This document shows, piece by piece, positions 57,830-64,000 of a DNA stretch of 64,000 nucleotides. Location: positions 17,947-81,946 of IMG/VR virus record IMGVR_UViG_3300021371_000007; one strand, written 5' to 3'. Within the stretch, counting starts at the first letter, position 1; each line of letters begins with the position of its first letter. The notes below the pieces were generated by a model, which made no database searches, had not been told where the DNA came from, and was given only the letters and a program-made list of their open reading frames with translations. The stretch is from a virus. A program made the position numbers and the translations under genes.

Positions 57830-58243
57830 ATGAGTAACTCATACTTAACTTTAGAAGCATTTAACAATGTCTTTTGTAACTTAGCACCTTCACCTATTCA
57901 TGGTGTGGGTGTTTTTGCTCTGAAAGATATACCAAAAAATATAGTTATTTTTTCTCCTATAGCATGGGAAAAATTAGATAATTTTACATTAAAAAAATTA
58001 GATGATAATATTTTTTCTACCTATAAAAAAACATTTAAAATAACTAATAGCGGTATGAATATACCTTCTAAAGGCTATAATTCAATAGATTTTAGGTTTT
58101 ATATTAATCATTCTTATTCTCCTAATCTTAATTATGATTCAGAAAATGATTTAATAATTACTAAAAATACTATACCTAGTAATACAGAGTTAACAATTAA
58201 CTATAAAGCTTACGGATTTTATATTGATAACAGTTTTCACTAA
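57830..58243 (+). CDS. SET-domain protein (putative lysine methyltransferase)
   Basis: SPIHGVGVFALKDIP, YINHSYSPN, ELTINY. Confidence 0.85.
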   Translation: MSNSYLTLEAFNNVFCNLAPSPIHGVGVFALKDIPKNIVIFSPIAWEKLDNFTLKKLDDNIFSTYKKTFKITNSGMNIPSKGYNSIDFRFYINHSYSPNLNYDSENDLIITKNTIPSNTELTINYKAYGFYIDNSFH

Positions 58244-58622
58244 TGGATGTTATGATATACTACATCCTGGTCATATAGATTTATTTAATTATGCTTCTAC
58301 ATTAGGAGATAGGTTAATAGTGTGTCTAGACAGCGATGATAGAGTAAGAAAAAATAAAGGTCTTTGCAGGCCTATAAACACTTTAGCCATTAGATCTAAA
58401 ATTATAAGCGCTTTAAAACCTGTAACATCAGTAATATCTTTTGATTCTGATGAAGATTTATGTTCTATATTTGATACTTATAATGCAGACTTACTAGTCA
58501 TTGGAGAAGAATATAAGTATAAAAATATTGTAGGCGAAGATTTTGTAAAGAAAGTTATATTTTATGAACGAGACACTAGATACTCAACAACTAACATCAT
58601 TAAAAATATTAATAATAGGTGA
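58224..58622 (+). CDS. Nucleotidyltransferase, HldE/RfaE domain II-like
   Basis: FTNGCYDILHPGH, DSD..VR..KG..RPIN, YSTT. Confidence 0.88.
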   Translation: MITVFTNGCYDILHPGHIDLFNYASTLGDRLIVCLDSDDRVRKNKGLCRPINTLAIRSKIISALKPVTSVISFDSDEDLCSIFDTYNADLLVIGEEYKYKNIVGEDFVKKVIFYERDTRYSTTNIIKNINNR

Positions 58623-59358
58623 ATCTTGTCTAGACGAGTATAGACTAGGTTCTGTAACTAGAATATCTCCAGAGGCTCCTGTGCCTGTTATACAGTTTAA
58701 AGAACTGAATACTGTAGAAGGCATGGCTGCTAATGTTAAAAATAATGTTAAAGCTTTTAACATATCTAAAATAGATTTGATAACTAATACTTCTAAAATT
58801 ATTAAAAGAAGATTTATAGATATAAAATCTAATCAACAACTACTACGAGAAGATATAGGAGATTCTGTCTCTTCTTTGATAGACTATAATATTAAAGTGA
58901 TGAATTCTGAGGATTATGATATAGTCATAATTTCTGACTATTGCAAAGGGCTACTAACACCTGATACTGCCAAACTAGTATGTGAGAAATTCAAACATAA
59001 AGTGTATGTAGACACTAAAAAAGAAGACTTAAGTTGTTTTCCAAACTCTATTATAAAAATAAATGAGTATGAGGACAATAGCAGTTATAATCTACCAATA
59101 TCTTCTACTAAAATAGTAACTTTAGGATCTAAAGGTTCAGTATGTGAGGGTGTATTCTCTAGACCTTCTCCTGTAAAAGTTCATGATGTTACAGGAGCAG
59201 GAGATGTATTTTTAGCCTCTCTTGCGGTATTAAACAGGTTTAAGTCTATTCATGAATCTATAGACTTAGCAAATAAACTTGCATCTTACTCAGTAGAACA
59301 CTTTGGAACGTATGTTATAAATCAATTAGATATAGAAAGGGCTTTTAATGAGACTTGA
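58564..59358 (+). CDS. PfkB sugar kinase, HldE/RfaE domain I-like
   Basis: RISPEAPVPV, AANV, ISDYCKG, DVTGAGD. Confidence 0.88.
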   Translation: MNETLDTQQLTSLKILIIGESCLDEYRLGSVTRISPEAPVPVIQFKELNTVEGMAANVKNNVKAFNISKIDLITNTSKIIKRRFIDIKSNQQLLREDIGDSVSSLIDYNIKVMNSEDYDIVIISDYCKGLLTPDTAKLVCEKFKHKVYVDTKKEDLSCFPNSIIKINEYEDNSSYNLPISSTKIVTLGSKGSVCEGVFSRPSPVKVHDVTGAGDVFLASLAVLNRFKSIHESIDLANKLASYSVEHFGTYVINQLDIERAFNET

Positions 59359-59701
59359 AGGTTTTGTAAAAAAAGGATGGGGTCACGAACTTATTTGGGC
59401 AACAAATGATAAATATTGTGGCAAGCTGATGAAGTTTAATGAAGGTGCTAAGTTTTCTATGCATTTTCATAAAAATAAAGAAGAGACTTGGTACGTATTA
59501 GAGGGAGAGTTTATAGTTCACTGGATTAATACTTTTGACGCTTCTAAGATAAGTACAAAAATTAAACAGGGAGATACTTGGCATAATGAGCCTTGCAGCC
59601 CTCATCAATTAGAATGTTTAAAAGAGGGGACTATATTAGAAGTTAGTACTCCTGACAGCGTAGAAGACAATTATAGGGTGTCTCCTGGAGATTCTCAATG
59701 A
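59348..59701 (+). CDS. Cupin (sugar isomerase-like)
   Basis: KGWGHELIW, SMHFH..KEETWYV, EVSTPDSVEDNYRV.PGDSQ. Confidence 0.8.
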   Translation: MRLEGFVKKGWGHELIWATNDKYCGKLMKFNEGAKFSMHFHKNKEETWYVLEGEFIVHWINTFDASKISTKIKQGDTWHNEPCSPHQLECLKEGTILEVSTPDSVEDNYRVSPGDSQ

Positions 59702-59711
59702 TACAATTAAT

Positions 59712-59740
59712 TTGACACTTACTTTTTTATTAAGTATTAT
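59712..59740 (+). promoter_or_regulatory. Sigma70-type promoter for uvsE
   Basis: TTGACA-N17-TATTAT. Confidence 0.6.
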
Positions 59741-59765
59741 ATAGTATAACCATATAGGATACACA

Positions 59766-60833
59766 ATGGAATATTTCAATAAAACTAGTGAAGACTGGAG
59801 AATCTCTCAGTGCTGTCAGTTTCACGATAAAGTAAAAGCTAAAGCTTACAATTTTGGAACTACTACTAAAACTTATGCACTAAAAGAAGGCGGAAAAGAA
59901 AGAGTACAACAAAAAGCTTTGCATAACTGTAATCAGCTTTTATCTGTGTTAAAAAATTATTTTCCTACACAACCTAAAAATCTAAGAGCTTGGAGAATAT
60001 CTTCAGAGCTTTTTCCGTGCTATACTCTAGATTTTACTAAGCCTTGGTATGAAGAAATTTGGGATGATATTTGTGCTATATTAGAAGAGTGCGGCAGGCT
60101 AGCAAAAAAACATGAAGTAAGACTGAGTGTACATCCTGGTCAATATACTGTTCTAGCCTCTAATAAAGCCGAAGTAGTAGAAAATTCTATTAAAGATTTA
60201 GAATATCATGCTCTATATGGAAGTTTGATGGGATTACCGGCTAAAGACTTTGTTATGAACATTCATCTTCAAGGTCTTTATGGAGGAAAGCATGAAGACG
60301 GTATAAAGCGTTTTGCTACTAATTTTCCTTACTTATCTGACTATGCTCAACAATGTCTAACCGTAGAAAACGAAGATAAACCTAATGGATATGATATAAG
60401 ACACACCATAGAATTGTCTAAGCGCATACCTATTCGTTGTTGTTTAGATACTCATCACTATGCGTGCCATAGAATGAGAGAGTCAGAAAAAGTCGTACTA
60501 GAAGGTAAAACTGTTAATAGGAAAATTAGAGATGTAGAACATATTACTTACATGCATGAGTATTTTGTTGAAGCTGTAAAATCTTGGAAAGGCGTTAGAC
60601 CTTTATTTCATGTATCTCAATCTTTTCCACCAGAAAATTCTGCATATTGGATGAAACCTAACGCGCACTCAGAAGTATTTTGGGATGAAGAACTTATGGC
60701 AAATCATGTACCTATGTTACAGTATGCAGACTTTGATATAGAAGCTAAACATAAAGAAGTAGCTGTACTAGGTTTTTACAATTTTATAAAAGAAGAAGAA
60801 GAGCTAGCAGGAGAGCCTTTAGTAGCGATATGA
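59766..60833 (+). CDS. uvsE: UV damage endonuclease
   Basis: RISSELFP, RLSVHPGQYTVL, NIH, VENED, DTHH, AHS, DIEAKHKE. Confidence 0.88.
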   Translation: MEYFNKTSEDWRISQCCQFHDKVKAKAYNFGTTTKTYALKEGGKERVQQKALHNCNQLLSVLKNYFPTQPKNLRAWRISSELFPCYTLDFTKPWYEEIWDDICAILEECGRLAKKHEVRLSVHPGQYTVLASNKAEVVENSIKDLEYHALYGSLMGLPAKDFVMNIHLQGLYGGKHEDGIKRFATNFPYLSDYAQQCLTVENEDKPNGYDIRHTIELSKRIPIRCCLDTHHYACHRMRESEKVVLEGKTVNRKIRDVEHITYMHEYFVEAVKSWKGVRPLFHVSQSFPPENSAYWMKPNAHSEVFWDEELMANHVPMLQYADFDIEAKHKEVAVLGFYNFIKEEEELAGEPLVAI

Positions 60834-61102
60834 TAGATTATAAATTTAATGAAGATCAATATATAAAAGAGCTTAAAAAGTACGTTGATTCCACTTATGG
60901 TCAACACTATTCTAATAATAAATTTCAATCTACTGAAGTAATTATTGATAGGGGACATGGAACAGGTTTTTGCATGGGAAGCATAGATAAATATTCTAAT
61001 AGATACGGTAAGAAGGGTACTGCAGCAGACGCTCGTAAAGACTTAATGAAAATATTACACTATACGCTACTTCAATTATATATACACGATAGTGATTATT
61101 AG
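60830..61102 (+). CDS. DUF3310-like (T7 gp1.7-related) protein
   Basis: HYS...GFCMG.I.KY..RYGKKG...DL.K..HY. Confidence 0.7.
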   Translation: MIDYKFNEDQYIKELKKYVDSTYGQHYSNNKFQSTEVIIDRGHGTGFCMGSIDKYSNRYGKKGTAADARKDLMKILHYTLLQLYIHDSDY

Positions 61103-61110
61103 AGGAGTTA

Positions 61111-61509
61111 TTGATGACTAAATATTTATTCAGAAACCCAGAAGTTCCAGGACAAGTAGAACGAGAAATAATTGCTAGAAATCTAGTAAGAAATCTAGAA
61201 AAGCTAGGCAAGTTTCAAATAGAACAGTTATCTGGAGAAAGCTGGACACATTTAAAAATACACGCACCCGATAACTTACTTAAAATATTTAAAGGAATAA
61301 AAAGTACTAAGTATAAACCTATTATAAAAGGTAAATATGTATTTATGTATATAGATAGTAATGTTACCTCATTAGACGTTAGAATGTTTATAGGAGAGTT
61401 AATAGAGTGTATAAATACTAAGAATAATAAATTATCCCATAGAATTAGAAGAAAAATAGGAATTTTTCTATTTAATTTAGCAAAACTAATATACAAACCT
61501 AAAAAATAA
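61111..61509 (+). CDS. Hypothetical basic protein
   Basis: GAGGAG RBS; intact ORF. Confidence 0.55.
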   Translation: MMTKYLFRNPEVPGQVEREIIARNLVRNLEKLGKFQIEQLSGESWTHLKIHAPDNLLKIFKGIKSTKYKPIIKGKYVFMYIDSNVTSLDVRMFIGELIECINTKNNKLSHRIRRKIGIFLFNLAKLIYKPKK

Positions 61510-61518
61510 GGAATAACT

Positions 61519-61788
61519 ATGTCAGAAAATAAAGATGTGAAAAAACCTATTAAGGCTATTAACCCAGAAGATGTAGCAGAGCAGCTAGATATTATTGTGT
61601 CTTTCTTAGGAGCAATAGAAAACTCCAGAGATGAAATTAATAAAAGAGTAAAGCATTTAAAAGACGAATACGGCTTACAGTCAACAGCTGTTAGAGCTGC
61701 TGCTACTGTTTTACATAAGCAAAATCAAGAACAGTTAGATGAAAAAGAGTCTCAAATTAGAAACATTTTAGATATTTGTAAAGGTTAG
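61519..61788 (+). CDS. T4 DsbA/GapR-like dsDNA-binding protein
   Basis: Helical; IENSRDEIN...LKDEYGL...A..LHKQN pattern. Confidence 0.5.
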   Translation: MSENKDVKKPIKAINPEDVAEQLDIIVSFLGAIENSRDEINKRVKHLKDEYGLQSTAVRAAATVLHKQNQEQLDEKESQIRNILDICKG

Positions 61789-61791
61789 AAT

Positions 61792-62601
61792 ATGTCTAGT
61801 ATAGTACTGGTTACTGGAGGTTTTGACCCTCTTCATTCTGGGCATATAGCTTATTTTAAAGAAGCTAAAAGATTGGGACAAAAATTAGTGGTAGGACTAA
61901 ATAGTGATGATTGGCTAACAAGAAAAAAAGGTAGACCATTTATGAGCTGGTCTGAAAGAGCTGAGATACTTGAAAACATAAGCTGTATTGATAGAGTTAT
62001 TAAATTTAATGACTTAGATGATACTGCTAATGATGCTATATATAGAACCTTAAAAATGTCTCCCGATAGTAGAATAATTTTTGCTAATGGAGGAGATAGA
62101 ACTATGGGTAATACTCCTGAGGAAAAAACTTATGGAGGAGTTCCTTGGGTTAGATTTGAGTGGGGAGTAGGAGGAGAGAATAAAGTAAATAGTTCTTCTT
62201 GGATTCTAGACCAATGGAAAACTCAAAAAACAGAAAGAGATTGGGGATACTGGAGAGTTTTAGATGATAAACAGCCAGAGCTACCTCAAAAGATAAAAGA
62301 GCTAGTTATTTATCCTAATTGTAGCTTATCTGATCAAAAACATTTACATCGCTCAGAGCATTGGTATTTATTGGAAGGTGATTTACAAATAGAACTAGAG
62401 TATCCAGATGCTTCTTGGAAAATAATGGTTCTTAGCCCTCATACTACCTTTGTTATACCTACTAATACTTGGCATAAAACTACTAATATAGGCAGTTTTA
62501 ACGCTCATGTGCTTGAAGTACAATACGGAACTAAATGTATTGAGTCAGACATTGAGCGAAGGCAGATACTTAATGAAAAGAATAAACGAGACGACGTATA
62601 A
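61792..62601 (+). CDS. Cytidylyltransferase-cupin fusion
   Basis: TGGFDPLHSGH, FANGGDR, K.NSSSWIL; C-terminal R.WG...QKH.HRSEHW...EVQYG...ESDIER. Confidence 0.85.
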   Translation: MSSIVLVTGGFDPLHSGHIAYFKEAKRLGQKLVVGLNSDDWLTRKKGRPFMSWSERAEILENISCIDRVIKFNDLDDTANDAIYRTLKMSPDSRIIFANGGDRTMGNTPEEKTYGGVPWVRFEWGVGGENKVNSSSWILDQWKTQKTERDWGYWRVLDDKQPELPQKIKELVIYPNCSLSDQKHLHRSEHWYLLEGDLQIELEYPDASWKIMVLSPHTTFVIPTNTWHKTTNIGSFNAHVLEVQYGTKCIESDIERRQILNEKNKRDDV

Positions 62602-63067
62602 TCAGTCTACCTATCCTACAGAGGTAGAAAACTTAATAATAGAACACCTAGATAATACAGATAAATTAATATTCAGCTGGGGAAGAGATAGTTCTACTTT
62701 TTGGCTAGCTAGACGATGTACTTCTATGTGTATAGTAGAACATGATCTTGCATCCTTTAATGCAACAAAAGACTTTTTATCTTTTAAAAATATTAATAAT
62801 ATAAAGACTAGGTATTCAAAAGAAAATTATGTAGATAGTATAAAAGAATATCCAAGTAATATATTTGATACTATTATTATAGATGAGCACGAAAAAGAAA
62901 AGTGTTTTGTGTCTGCAATATCAGAAGCTAGATCAGGAGGTATTATAATAGCTCCTTATCTCAATATAGACTTATTAGAAGAATATTCTAATAGAGTTAA
63001 AAGCTACTCATCTTTCTCAGGAAAAGGGTATATAAATGAAGAAACGGTTATTATCCGGAAAAAATAA
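62573..63067 (+). CDS. SAM-methyltransferase-like protein (degenerate motifs)
   Basis: IFSWGRDSSTFWLA, VEHD, FDTIIID, GGIII. Confidence 0.5.
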   Translation: MKRINETTYNQSTYPTEVENLIIEHLDNTDKLIFSWGRDSSTFWLARRCTSMCIVEHDLASFNATKDFLSFKNINNIKTRYSKENYVDSIKEYPSNIFDTIIIDEHEKEKCFVSAISEARSGGIIIAPYLNIDLLEEYSNRVKSYSSFSGKGYINEETVIIRKK

Positions 63068-63443
63068 AACTATTCCTTTTATACCTTTTTATATAAGAAG
63101 AGCAGGAGGATGGGTAATACCTACTGCGTATGATATATTTACAGACAAAAAAAGTTTAATTATTTTTTTAAAAGGTGCATATATAGATAGTAAATTATTA
63201 GTTCATTATGATAATTCTGATTTAATATCGAATTATAATAATACTTATTGTTGTTGCCCTAATGACTCCTATGTAATGAATCAATGGGCTACTGACTTAA
63301 ATATTAAAAATATAGATATGTTACCTGACGGTAATAAAGAATTTTTTGACTATTTAGACTTACTAGAAAAAGAAACTCCTATACGTCAAAAGATAGAAAT
63401 AAGTAATTCAGAAATAAAGTATTTAGGAGATGTAAGTGTCTAA
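63036..63443 (+). CDS. Hypothetical protein
   Basis: Coupled ORF; supplies AGGAG for the next gene. Confidence 0.5.
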   Translation: MKKRLLSGKNKTIPFIPFYIRRAGGWVIPTAYDIFTDKKSLIIFLKGAYIDSKLLVHYDNSDLISNYNNTYCCCPNDSYVMNQWATDLNIKNIDMLPDGNKEFFDYLDLLEKETPIRQKIEISNSEIKYLGDVSV

Positions 63444-63696
63444 AGTTATAGTTTATTCTTTACCTAGCTGTATAGCATCTAATGATTTTATTATATACTG
63501 TAAGAGTAAGGTACGTGACTTAGAAACCTATGTAGTAAAAGACTCTTCTTGGCCCCAGATTAGACATGATATAACTATAGACTCTTTAGAGAGTAAGTAT
63601 AATAGAAAATTTTTTAGTTATCCTATTATATATATAAACAATCAATATGTAAATTCAATACAAGAAGCAAAGAAGATTATAACAAAAGGACTATAA
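63436..63696 (+). CDS. Glutaredoxin-like protein (CxxS)
   Basis: VIVYSLPSCIAS...SYPIIYINNQYV. Confidence 0.55.
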   Translation: MSKVIVYSLPSCIASNDFIIYCKSKVRDLETYVVKDSSWPQIRHDITIDSLESKYNRKFFSYPIIYINNQYVNSIQEAKKIITKGL

Positions 63697-63697
63697 T

Positions 63698-63925
63698 ATG
63701 GATATACTTATATACTCTAAAACAAACTGCAACTTTTGTGTGAAGGCAAAAAACTTATTAAATATAAAAAATCTAAAATTCACTGAGAAGGTACTAGATA
63801 AAGACTTCACTAAAGAACAATTATTAGAGATATTACCTAATGTAAAAACATTACCACAAATACAAATAAATGGCAAGCATATAGGTGGTTATAGAGAATT
63901 AGAAAACTATTTAAATACTAATTAA
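63698..63925 (+). CDS. grx: Glutaredoxin
   Basis: IYSKTNCNFC...TLPQI.INGKHIGGY. Confidence 0.9.
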   Translation: MDILIYSKTNCNFCVKAKNLLNIKNLKFTEKVLDKDFTKEQLLEILPNVKTLPQIQINGKHIGGYRELENYLNTN

Positions 63926-63938
63926 TGTAACTTATTAG

Positions 63939-63967
63939 TTGCTTAATAGTTTATATTTAATTATTAT
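63939..63967 (+). promoter_or_regulatory. Promoter; ATG at 63974 may be leaderless
   Basis: TTGCTT-N17-TATTAT. Confidence 0.45.
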
Positions 63968-64000
63968 TATATAATGGAAAATTTATTTAACGCTTTTATA

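Noticed and set aside
1-64000. Stop-codon reassignment
   Set aside because: Conserved genes are full length in code 11 and end in TAA, TAG (TMP) and TGA (polA).

Overview
AT-rich (roughly 30% GC by eye) fragment of a lytic tailed phage. It combines a T5-type (Demerecviridae-like) replication module with a lambda-type tail tip. 1-22 kb (+): a 5'-truncated giant tape-measure-like gene (>3450 aa), tail-tip genes resembling Dit/gpM, gpL, gpK(JAB), gpI and a split gpJ, then spanins and small membrane proteins. 22-51.4 kb (-, listed in transcription order): bS21, two small ORFs, a circularly permuted alphaproteobacterial-type tmRNA (tag ANDNFAPSNYALAA), a seven-gene LpxA-like/epimerase/glycosyltransferase operon, T5-like PC4, D3, D5, D2, helicase, primase, PolA, D10-D13 with a sulfotransferase and a glycosyltransferase inserted, nrdAB, tRNA-Thr(TGT), a DUF3563/DUF1127/CoxIV-like island behind a LysR-type palindrome, D14, D15, thyX and groES. 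51.5-64 kb (+): SleB hydrolase, PD-(D/E)xK exonuclease, phoH, an array of tiny Lys-rich proteins followed by a SET-domain protein, split HldE-like sugar-nucleotide genes, uvsE and glutaredoxins. The host is probably a marine alphaproteobacterium (inferred from the tmRNA type, GroES and DUF1127). All family calls come from motif recognition by eye; no searches were run.
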